A DNA stretch of 64,000 nucleotides from Rhizophagus irregularis (taxonomy: Eukaryota): positions 2,790,001 to 2,854,000 of the forward strand of contig NC_089434.1 of NCBI RefSeq assembly GCF_026210795.1, in the 5' to 3' direction. Numbering within the stretch: position 1 is the first letter of the stretch; every line of letters begins with the position of its first letter. Shown here piece by piece: positions 23,301 to 35,432 of the stretch. Under the pieces are notes generated by a model. It ran no database searches. It was given only the letters and a program-made list of their open reading frames with translations, and was not told the origin of the DNA. The position numbers were made by a program, and so were the translations under genes.

Positions 23301-25578
23301 CGCTACTAAATCTAAATCAATAAAGTAATATAAGATATTCTATTGGGCAAGCCTGAGAGTCTTTTTTTCCGTTAAACGTTAAACGTATAATAAATTCGTA
23401 TCTATTTCATTTATTTGTTTTAAAAAAAAAAGAACTATAAAGTCGACAAAAATGATTAAGGGAAGGAAAGTTACGAAAAGATTCTCTTTATACGTGGAAA
23501 CGTATCACGCGCTAATCAAATAATACAAATGAAAATCAAACTTATGTGTTTGAAAATTCACTCTAACAATGTTTGTATTTATACAACGAACAAAAATAAT
23601 TTTGTTTTTCATTAACGGTGATGAAATTCCGATTAAAGGTGTAAGATTGAATTGTTTATAAACGACAGGCTACGAAAGAAACCGTCAGAAATAATTATAA
23701 ATCTTTAAAGTAGTTCGCGTTAAGCAAAGAAAAGAAAAAACACAAACATGAAAGTTTGATACTGTAATGAAAAATAAAAGATTTATTTTAATTTGAATTT
23801 GGAACTTTTATTTTTTTTAAAAAAAAAAACCAATAAATAAATTTTTCTTGACCCTTTTAAAAACTTTTTGTATAATTAATTATAAAGTAAAAAATTTTTT
23901 TTTATATAATGTCGATTTTTCCTGAATTTGAAATTGAAAATAAACTCTGGCCAGGATTATATTAACTACTAAGGTGAATTTTATGAATTAGGAAAGTTAC
24001 GTGTTAAAGGCGATGTGTTACTTGAAATCTATCTTTGGTTAACTTTTTTTTTTTTACTTTGATATCATGCATGGCGTCAACCTTTATCTTTTTTTAGATT
24101 GTTATATAATATTTTAATCATGACAAGGTTTCTTGATAATCAAAAGAAAAAAGAAAATATAAATCTCAATACCCTCTCTAATTTGTGACGTGCATATTAA
24201 CACAAAATTTTGGTAACGTGACTTGACCAATTTTATTGGTCAGATTTAATTTGTACAAAATTTAGAAAATTTCGCGAAACGAAGGAAATCAAGTTAAAAT
24301 GCTTATAGTCTTTAATTAAAAAAATGCAAATAGTCTATTAAAAAACTTGTTAATTCCACCTTTATACTCCTAAGCTTGTAAAAATTTTTTAATGTACTTA
24401 TATTTAATACGTTATTAATTTAAAACAATATAAAATATAATAAAATAAAAATAAATTATAAAATAAAAAGAATAATACGCATTTTAAACCGAAATTTCGG
24501 GAAAAAACATATTTTATTGCGGACTATTTTATCGATATATTTCCTATTTTTAGATTAGTAGTACAAAGTCACGTTACCGCAAATTTTTTTGCTGATGCTC
24601 TTGCTCTTGGGGTAATTTAAAATTAACTGCACCACAATTCAAAATAGATAATAAATATTATTAAGCTAATAAGTTATTTAAAATAAATTAAATTTTAATC
24701 ATCTTATTAATTACTTTCAGATTATATGATTATATTAATTTTATAAAATAATTTTTGATTTAAAAATTTATAAATTTATAAAGTAAAATTTTACCTTTAT
24801 AAAATTGATTTGATTGAAAGAACTTTTTATTATTGCTTTAGAAATAAATTTCATATTTTTTTATAGAATGAGATAGAAATCTAAATCTATTCATCATATT
24901 ATGAATCAATGTAATTAATATATTATTAATAATATTTAAATATTTTATTAATTAAAAAAAAATTCCCAATAGTAAAATTCAATAGAAATATTCAGAGAAA
25001 TTCTACAGAATTTTTATGTATTATTATCACCGGCGTCACGCCCTTCCTTGTTCCATTTTTCATAAGTATCTGGGGACAGATAGTAACAAAATCCTACTCG
25101 TCACGCACTATCCGTCACATGTGCGCCACACTTAATTTCAGTCAAGTTGCGTAATGCCGGCCATATCAGGACATTTTTTGGTAGTCCATGGAGCGTTACT
25201 GCGCTTTATTAATTTATTTCTAATACGGTCAATCGGTACGACCACTTATTTGTACGACCTAAAATTGGTTCAACTTTTTTAATAAATACCCTGAGAAATT
25301 CATCGGAGATTCAAAATCTAATGAGTAATGATAAAACTGTATTAATCATTATTTTCATGTACTGATAAATTACTTTTTTTATTATGCTTATTTAATTCTG
25401 TCGGAGTATCTATATTATTTGCTGTATTACATCAATAAGCCACAAAAAGTTTATGCAAGAGTCTATATCATGATGAATTCAGTAAGGTATATAAAGTATA
25501 TATATTTAGACTTCTCTCAAACTTTCTCAAATTTTCTTGAAACTTTTCTAAAAAACTTATCGCTTTTACAGTAACGAA

Positions 25579-28051
25579 ATGATATTCTCACTTAATTGTT
25601 TGATTTCGGGACAAACTTCTGATGATATTTTCAATGTGCCTATTGGCAATTTTTTCCTCAGCAATGAAAATATCAAGGTCAATTTTACTGATATGACCGT
25701 TGCAAACTTAAAAGAACAACTTTCTCGCACAAAAGAAGTTATAGGAGCTAAAATAACCAAAATGAATCTTTGGAAAGTCGAACTCAAGACTTATGAAGTT
25801 AATAACCTTTCTGCAGAAGATATTGAAAGTCATGAAAGTAGCGAGAAGATGGAAACTACGTCGAATCTCAATGAATATTATAACAATAACGAAGACAAAA
25901 ATCCTAAAAAGGGGCACCTTCATGTCTTCATAGTCCCCACCGACACTGGTAAGTGTCTTCCAATGCTTTACCTCTCGAACAAAAAATTTGCAGTTGAAAC
26001 AATGATACATATTTCGTCATTTATTAATAATATCGAATATGCTTTCTGACTGTTATTACAACCATTAGAGCTCGGGAGGAAAAGGAGGAACACGGAAGTA
26101 GAAAGTAAGAAATGTTCTCGTTTCTATATGTAACTATATATTTCATTCTATCATTCTTACAAATGTTTCTCTACAGCAACAAGTGGAAAAAGAAGAAAAT
26201 GGATGGTTAATAGTACCATTTCATATGAAGAGAGTAAATCGGTATACTTTATTGATCCAACGGAATCGAGTGGATCACTTTATGCCATGATTCAGAAAGG
26301 AGAATTTTTAGCTTTATATGGTGCACGGGCTTCCGGGAAGTCTACACGAATGGATCAAGCTGTGATTGAGTTGGAAAGCAAAGGCTATGTTTGCATTACG
26401 TAAGTTCTATTTAGTAAATTGCATTCAGTATAACTGTTGCTTACATTTTTTTTTCTTCGGAACAGTATATCTTTTGAAAGAATAAATATGAATACCATAG
26501 ACACATTCTGGTCAGCAGTAGGCGTTGAACTATGTATTGGGTCACCACAACACTTTGGATTAAACGATGTCAAATCTGCTGATGATTTCATGCTAAAGTT
26601 TCGGAAAGAACCTTGGAATGATAAACAAGTTGTTCTATTCATTGACGAGTATGATGAATTATTTGGAGCAAATGATGACGTTAAATCCTCATTCCTTGGA
26701 ACAATTCGTAGCATTAAAAATGCAAAAAGATTCTATGCACTCTGGTCTTCTGTAGTCATCGGTCCCCTAAGTATTTTATTTCCGAAAACAGACAAAAGAA
26801 ATGTTTCTCCATTCAACGTGTTGGATTCATTGAGGAACCCAAATTTCACTCTGGCACAAGTGGAGTCATTATATAAAGCTTATGAGAACGACGCCAAATT
26901 GACCATTGCTCCGGAGGTCATTAAGGATATTTATGAACGGACGAACGGGTATGTGAAGCTAACCGGAAGTAATATGAAATCAATACTAAAATATCAATAC
27001 TAAAATTTGTTTTTTGTTATTTGACAGGCATGCTGGCCTCGTCTGCCTTTGTGGCAAGGCTATCAGTTATTCCTTAGAAAAGAAACTTGACGAAGGAAGA
27101 AGTCTTGATTTCAAACTCTGGTCAAAATTTCTTGTCAGTCCACTAGTGTTAAATAGTATGATTATGTATCTCCCATTTAAAAAGATGGTTGACGATCTCC
27201 TTAGGCCTGATGCTAAGGAAGCTTTAGACTTTCTCCGATCTGTATTTGTAGGATTTTTCGATTTTATACAAATTCATAGCACTGATAAAAGAAGACTAGC
27301 AGATTTCTTAACTGCCGAGGGGGTGCTCATAAGAGAAAGTAGTACCGAGTTTAGTTACAGAATGTCGTCTATTTTTGTTGATGGATTGGTTCGGCGAGAG
27401 GTTATTCCTTTATTGTACAAATCTTGCCCAACCGTTCCAGTTCCCAAAATTGATGGAGGCTTGAAAGTCCTTGATGCTTTAATAGAGTCCATCCGTTGTT
27501 TTGATAAAACTATTATTTGTAATGCTTTCAACCGATCATTTAAAACTGCGCTTGTGAAAGTGGATGGTTGTCAAAATCGGATGGTTCCTCGAGAGAGTGT
27601 TTACGATACAGAACTAAATAGAATCCTGTTGAACTGGATCGTCAATGAATGTTTCGAGGTCACTGGACAGTGGCACCTAATAGATCACGCTGATAATGAC
27701 GAAAAAGACAAACATTATTATAGTAATATAACTATTATGACTCCACGTAAAACAGTTGTTCTCGAGCTTTTAGCATCTGCGAATAAAAAAGAACTTAACG
27801 AACACTTTGAAAGGGTGCTCAATTATGCAGAAATGCTATCAGCAGATGACAAATGGATAGTAAATTTTACGTGTGAGGATGATGCAACAAAGAACCCCCA
27901 TTGGCCACCCAATGATAGAAAGTTTGAGAGTGTGAATGTTGTTCATTTTTTTCACGACCGAAAGTTTGAAAATGTACGAATGAGCGCCCGATATATATCT
28001 AACTCTGGTACTTTTAGTTATATCACAGATCAAGTTATTCAATTACAATAA
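25579..28051 (+). CDS. Crinkler-family protein: CRN N-terminal domain + AAA-type P-loop NTPase + restriction-endonuclease-like domain (711 aa; exons 25579-25948, 26069-26104, 26177-26399, 26466-26948, 27028-28051)
   Basis: CRN header motifs LNCLISGQ, TVANLK, LWKV and LHVFIVP. Walker A GARASGKST, Walker B LFIDEYD and GHAG across an intron. C-terminal RESVYDTEL...YSNITI...VLELLA. Exon lengths sum to 2136 nt in frame. Confidence 0.88.
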
Positions 28052-29362
28052 TTAACTTGATTAGTAATATTTGAGTTGTATTGTAAAATATAGAAAATGT
28101 AGAAAATATTTCTTTGTGTTATATATATTACAATTAAATAGCATTATGCTCATTTTCCCATTTATTGTGTTGCGATTCAAAAAGTGAATATAATATAAAA
28201 GTCTTTGCATGTTTCAAAATTTCGAAGCCCAGATCTATTAATAAATGATTTTCAGAAATATATGAACGCTTTCAAGGTAGGCCAATAATGCGGGATACAT
28301 TTCCGGTGCTATTTTTTCTAGCTACAGATTCTCACCCATTCATATTTACAAAATTTTCGTCTATGCGAGAAATTCCACGATACTGATATATACTAAAATG
28401 TTTCTAATTATTTATGAATCATATATTCGTGACGATAGAAATCACATGTTCCGGACAAATTTCGGAAATGAAAACCGAGACATCTTGTCACGATCAGTGT
28501 CATGTGTAAAAATTTATCGAAACTATATGTGGACACCTATAAATTTTACTATTAAGATTTTCTGATTAAACTATTAATTAACTCCGTCTTATAATAAATT
28601 CCATACTAAATTGATACGTTTTTATACTTCTATAAAATTAAAGTCTTCCTATCATTTACACCCCAAATTCCATAAAATATTTTAAATCTCTTTCATGTGA
28701 CAGTTTGTTTTTTCTAAAAAAGATTTTTCGTGTCTCGAAAATAAATAAAGTAACACTTTCAGACATATCTACACAAGGAAAAAATTTTCTCCTTAGTGTT
28801 TTTCAAAAAAGTGAAACTGCTACATTATCTTTCAAGTTTTATATTTTTCAAATGCTAATTAAATGTAAAGTTATCAAACTTTTAAAATTTCGGATTCTTT
28901 AACGGTAACGACGTAATCGCCAGTTAATACGAGCCCAAAAATTAAAAGAGAATAAAGACAATGATTTAATATCGTTATATTATTGTATGTATGTATATAC
29001 TGTATAATATAATAATAATAGGATTAGGAAAATATAATGAGACCAATATTATTATTGTTGCAATGTTGCATGATATTTATTGTTGCATGAAAAAATCTTT
29101 AATAGTAAAATTTATAGGGGTCCACATATAGTTTTGATTTAATTAGTTGACCGCACACCCCAATGCAACGCGGAGCGCATTAGAGGATTGTCCCTTTATG
29201 TAAAAGCAATATGACAGTTCGTATTGCTCTTAAATAAAAAACTAATTTTTGGTGATTTTTACATAGAATATGAATAGTCATTAATTTAAATGAAATAATT
29301 TTTCATTTTGTTTTTAAATGAAGATATTTATTATTATTTATTAATACTTATGTGTGTTTTTA

Positions 29363-30240
29363 GGAAGATAGTTTAAAAAGCGAAGTTTTTATTTTTTGGG
29401 CAGAAATAGCATGGGCTAATGAGGGACTTCAAGAACTGATAACTTTTGGTATACTATTACCGCATATTGAGTAAAACTTACATGTTATTATTTATAGAAT
29501 ATTTGGGAAATTTGAAAATTCATACAATACCTCTATTCTTTCAAAGACAATACAATGAATTACAATCATCAAAATCGATTCATGAATTAGACGGTTATTT
29601 ATCATTGATTAATTCTATTACAGAAAAACAAAAAAAAAGTAATAATAGAGAATTCAGCGAAAGTTATCAAAAATGAAGCCAATAATAGATATGTAAGAAA
29701 TAATTTATTTATGTTAACAGATAACAATAGTTAAATGCTATATTTATTTTATTTTATTTAACTATAGCTCAAGAACAAGAAATTAAACATTAAAGTGCAA
29801 AAGTTAACTAATATGAAGGATCAATTGCTTTCGCTCTCAATTACGAACATTTTCTTTAGTCAGGTGATAGATACAAATAATAGTTCAATCATATGGGAAA
29901 AACTTTTGAGAATTGGTCTATTTTCAAGAATTGCAGATGCTGAATATGTCTCTAGCTTGGAGGATGTAAATTTTTATGATACTTTTAGGCATTTTTTGAT
30001 CACGAAATCTTTAATTAGTGAAATCTCGAAGATAATTGAAAGTCTTATGTGTACTGATTTTGACTGTTCCGAGTTAAACAATACTAAAACAATTGTATCT
30101 AAATGGTAATTTATCTTTATTTTTATATTATTTCTATACTTAACATTATTATAAACATATTATTCCGCTCGCAGGGTATGTAACTGAAAAATCCTCCAAG
30201 AAAATACTCAGAATCAAACTATCTGTTAGATTTATTTATT
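29363..30240 (+). pseudogene. Fragmented multi-exon gene of unknown function
   Basis: Short coding-like blocks (ORFs 29446-29676 and 29795-30109) separated by GT-AG intron-like gaps. No intact model found. Confidence 0.35.
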
Positions 30241-30389
30241 AGCGACTTACTAATTGATTTATATTTTGAAAAGTAAGCTACTTTACTATTATTATATATA
30301 TTTATATTTAATTTAATTATGTTAAGTTGTTTATCATTAAAGGGGAAAAGTAATATTAATAGTCCAGTTATTTTCAGTTATTTTATATT

Positions 30390-30695
30390 ATGGTATTACT
30401 CCAGATTACTCAAGACTTATGTCATCGGATTTGATGCATTATATAACAAAAAAAAAATTTTAATGTTAGTTGGTATGCGAAGGCAACTTATTTGCACAAC
30501 ATTATATATGGACTTTATAAAGTTCACGACGTAAATATTATACATCGAGATTTACATAGTGAAATATTCTTTTAACTGAAGAGTAAAATATGTGATTTGG
30601 GAACGATGATAATGATGAGATTTATGGCATAATTCCTTATGTCGCATCAGAGGTTTTGCAAGGAAAAAAGTATACCAAAGCTCCAGACATATATA
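30390..30695 (+). pseudogene. Decayed TKL kinase fragment
   Basis: IIHRDLHS, ICDLG and DEIYGIIPYVASEVLQGKKYTKAPDIY in broken frames. Confidence 0.8.
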
Positions 30696-31165
30696 TTTTT
30701 GAAGATAAGTTTTGATTGGCTATTTTCGTTTAATGATATTTATTTTGTAGGAGTAGTTTTTTTTGGTAAAAACGCCGTTAGACGCGAATACAAAAGTACA
30801 GAAGGTAATAAACGGGAAGCTTTTTTTTTAATTAAGAAACGTTTTGTTGGAATGTTTCTTTTTTTGTAAAGATGCCGTTAGACGCGAACGTAAGATAAAT
30901 AGCAAGTTAAGTGGGGTGGGAAAGATTTTTTTATTAGTTAAGAACGTTTCTAACGAAACGTTTCTCTCTTTTTTTGTATGAATACCGTTAGGCGCGAATA
31001 CAAGGTAGATAAATTTCATTTTATGATATTGTTAATTTTACAGTTGTAATATTAATTTCTTTACAGTTTAATTAGTAAAATATTTTTAAATTTTATTAAA
31101 CGCGTAATTTAAATTTTTATAATTTTATCTTAACCAATCAAATTATTTATTCCAGGGTGCAGGGA

Positions 31166-32724
31166 GGACCCCGAAAAATACATATAAAAGTCAGAGATGA
31201 TCGGCAAAATTTTGCCTTAAAATAAGCAAATGTTTTTACTAAGATCAATACGCATCTGACTTTATAATTTATATTAGAATAAGCAAATTTTTTTTATGAC
31301 ATTTGTATATTAAAAAAATGAAATCATGGCTTTTTTTTAATTTAATTAGTTGTATTTAGAATATACTTCCAGTATAATTAATTTTCAATTGCTAGCATAA
31401 TGCCAAATTGCATAAATTAATTTGTACTGACGTATTTATTTATACTACTATATTTAATTATTTGATAATTCAAGTATTAACACTAAAACAAAAAGATTGT
31501 TCATTATTTTTTTATAAATTATAACAAAAACTTAGAATATTGATAACATTTTAAAGTTAATGAAAAGTCAATATAATTTATAAAATCATTTCTAAAAGAA
31601 AATCCTATTTCTAAAGAAAAAAAATATTAATACTACTTTCACATATAAAACAAAAAAAATTCCACCCTATTTTCAACTTACTAAAAATTTCAGTTTAGTT
31701 TTTAATCTAGAAACCATTTCTAATAGAAAAAACAATAGAAATGTTAATAATACTTCTAAAATAAACAAAATAAAGCTAAAAAATTCTTTACTTACAGTGA
31801 GCATTGGAGTTCCAGTCTGAATTTCAAGTTCCTAAGAAAAAAGTAAAAGGAATATTATTATGGTAATATTCCCAAAAAAATTGACTATACTTTTCTCTTA
31901 ACTCATATTTTTCCAAGATATTGGTATCTAAAATAATAAATTTTAGATTTAAGAAGTTGCTTTTAAAGAAAAATAATAAAAAGGAATATTAATATCATTC
32001 TAAACCAAATATTTTTTTTTAATAAAATGGCCTGTTGTTAAAAAAATATAACAGTAAAGGCCAAAAAAAAATTTTTATTGAATAAAACGGTTTGTTACAG
32101 ACCAAAAAAAAATTATTTTATTTTTTTCTTTCAATAAAACGGTTTGTTAAAAGTCAAAAAATTGAAAAAAAAATTATCTATTATCAATCAGATTAGTCGT
32201 CAATTACGTATTTTCAAAAATTTATGTATTATACTATGCGTAATGCTGCTTATTAGGGAATTCCAAGGCATTATGCTGCTAATTAGTAGAATTCCAAGGC
32301 GGTATGCTACTAATTAGTAGAAAATCGCTGGAATTCCAAGGCGGTATGCTACTAATTAGTAGAAAATTGCCGGAATTCCAAGGCGTTATGCTGCTAATTA
32401 GTAGAAAATCGCTGGAATTCCAAGGCGGTATACTGCTAATTAGTAGAAAATTGCTGGAATTCCAAGGCGTTATGCTGCTAATTAGTAGAAGACCGCTGGA
32501 ATTATATTGATATATATATATATATATTTTATTAAAAAATACCGTTGACTACGCAAATTAAAATATATGACATATATAAAAATGATTGTTATTATGCAAA
32601 CTATATATATAACCTTTTAAAAAATCTCAAAATCTATGCAAATAAAATTTTATGACTTTTGGAAATTTTACTAATATGGTTAAGCAAACTTACATGTGAC
32701 CTTTATATGTATTTTTCGGGGTCC
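31166..32724. mobile_element. Non-autonomous GG-ended TIR element (1559 bp; Merlin- or Mutator-like) with an internal minisatellite
   Basis: TIRs GGACCCCGAAAAATACATATAAAAGTCA / TGACCTTTATATGTATTTTTCGGGGTCC with a perfect 8-bp TSD (TGCAGGGA). Confidence 0.88.
32243..32503. repeat. 42-bp minisatellite (about 5 units plus 2 shortened units)
   Basis: Unit ATGCTRCTAATTAGTAGAAAATYGCYGGAATTCCAAGGCGKT starting at 32304, 32346, 32388, 32430 and 32472. Confidence 0.95.
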
Positions 32725-32792
32725 TGCAGGGACGCATAAAATTTTAATCCTTAAAAATAAGGTGGTCCTAAATATTTTTTGTATCTTGTTTA

Positions 32793-34741
32793 CTACTTTT
32801 TTTGATCGGTAATCATTTGATTCACTGTATTATCAATTACGCTCAATTGTCCTAATAATACTCCGTAGAGAGTTTTATTCGTATCAGTTAAACCATCTCC
32901 AATAATTTGAAGCCACTAAAATAATAAAAAATAAGGGTTATTACATTTATTCAAATACATCAAATTACGTATTTCAACACATTACCTTACCTTACATAAT
33001 TCATTGATACTATCTCTAAATTTTTCATTGTTTCTATCAGCACATGTATTGAAATTAACTATAAAGTCAAATTTCAGGAGTTGAATAGTAGAATCAAATT
33101 CTTTATTTAAATAAATAGTCGCCTTCTCAATATCACGTTTACTTAATTCTTTTAATTGTTCTGTAAGAAATTTATGCTTAGCATCAACATTGTTAACTAA
33201 TTTTTGTAAATCAATATAATTAGTGTTAGCTTTCGAAAAAAAATCTTTATATTTTTCTCCAAAATTTTTTAAATATTCTAATTCTCTTCCGAATGATTGT
33301 ACCATATCACATATTTTTTCATTATTCTCGGCTGTTTGATACATGTCTTCTCCTATCTCAAGTATTTTGCTCCGCACTTCTATAAGTGGTAAAAAACTCG
33401 CAGAATTTTCTCCTTGTTTGTCACTTTCTTGATCCGTAATCATTTGATTCACTGTATTATTAAGTACGCCCAATTGTTCAAGTACTTTTGAGACAATTTC
33501 ATTCGTATCAGCTAAATAACCAATAATGTACTCAAGATACTAAAATAATGAAAATAAGGTTATTACATTTATTCAAATATGTCAAATTACGTATTTTAAC
33601 ATATTACCTTAGATAAGTCTTCGATATCTTGTTTAATTTTTTCATTATTTAAATCAGCACGTTCATTGAAATAAACCATGAGGTAAAATCCAAGGATTTG
33701 AATAATAGAATTTAATTCTTTATTTAAACCAATAGCTCTCTTCTCAATCTCATTAGCATGAAAGGATTTACTTGATTCTGTTAATTGAGAAATGTTAGTA
33801 AAATATCTACGTATCTCAGCAACAATATTATTAGCTAATTGTAAATTATCTTTATGTACTTCTTTACGATTTTTTAAATTCTCTATATTTTCTATGACTA
33901 TTCCGGCTAACTGTACTCTATCTAACATTACATCACATATTCTTTCAATATGCTCGGCTGTTTGATATGTATTTACTCTTTTCTTAAGTATTTTACTTAA
34001 TTCTTCTATAAGTGATACTTTTATGTCTTCTAAAGTAACAGGAACAGAATTTTCGCTCTGTTTACTACTTTTTTGATCCGTAATCATTTGATTTTCTGTA
34101 TTAATAAGTATGCTCAATTGTCCAAATACTTTGGAGAGATTTTTACTCATATCAGTTAAACCAGCTTCAATAATTTTAAAATACTAAAATAATAATAAAA
34201 TAAGGTTATTACATTTATTTAAATTATCAAATTACGTATTTCAACACATTACCTTAAATAAACCTTCGATATCAGCCATAATTTTTTTATTATCATTATC
34301 AGCACGTGCATTGAAATAAACCATGAAGTCAAATTCCAGGATTTTAATGGTGGAATCTAATTTTTTATTTAAATTAATAAACACCCTTTTAATATTTTTA
34401 GCTTGAACAAATTTACTTAATTTTGTTGATAGAGAAACTTCTTCAATAAATTTTTTCATCACACGCATAACATCGACTAATTTCCGTAAATTATTATAAT
34501 TATCTTCCGAAAAAAAATCTTTGTGTTCTTCTTTATGAATTTTTAAAATTCTTACGGCTGTTTCGGCTATTTGTATCCTATCAACCATTTTACTACATAT
34601 TTTTTTATTATATTGCCCTGTTTTAATAAGATATATTATTTTTTTTATAATAAATTTTAATATTTTAATTGTTATTATAAATGGTAATAAAGATAATAAA
34701 TAACTTAAAAATTGTACTGCAACTTCAACAATAGTCGACAT
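32793..34741 (-). CDS. Protein of three tandem MLKL-N-terminal-like helical domains without a kinase (578 aa; exons 34741-34253, 34183-33608, 33539-32991, 32915-32793)
   Basis: Three homologous exons (KICSKMVDRIQIAE / RICDVMLDRVQLAG / KICDMVQ; each ending F..F.V.FN..AD..N.K...I..L.K) are separated by near-identical phase-0 introns. A fourth unit stops after 40 codons. Confidence 0.75.
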
Positions 34742-35432
34742 AATTGTTAGAATAATAAAATAAAATTGTTTCGAGATTAAAAAATTTTTTTTGTTTGTGC
34801 TTAATTTTTCTGTAGGCGTTTTTTCTTTGATATTTATCTAAAAAAAAAAATCTTTATGCTAATCACTTACCAAACTTAATCATCATCTCAATAAGACGGT
34901 ATTTGAAACTTAGCCCCAATCGCCTCATTTTTAATAGTAAAATACAAAGTATAGTTATTTCATAATGCTGGTAAAATACGTAATATAAAATCTGGTGTGA
35001 TTTTCCGCTCCAGAACAATCGATTTGCGCTTATATTATACTTTATCTTAAAAATACGCCCTACTTGTGTTACTATTTTTATTCGCCAAATAAAGACAATA
35101 TAATAAAGAAAACACTACACGAGACGTTTTAGATTGGCAAAAGTTCATTATAATGAAAATTTGGGTTTAAGCTTATGGTGTAACACAAGTGTATCGTAAT
35201 TCTTGAATGGACTAAATTATTAATGCATGTGACATTGTGGCAAACCTTATACACTTATTTAGGTAAAACACATATTAAAAGGGCTTAATTTATGTGAAAT
35301 TTTTTGATACAAAGCTGCATATCGGGAGAACACAATAAGCATTGATTTCTACCAAAAAATAAAGTCTGGATGCATTTCGTTATTTATTATTGATCTTTTT
35401 TTTTTGACATCTTTCTTACACACTTAATAATA

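Noticed and set aside
32304..32510. ORF with 14-aa repeats
   Set aside because: It is the translation of a 42-bp minisatellite inside a non-autonomous element.
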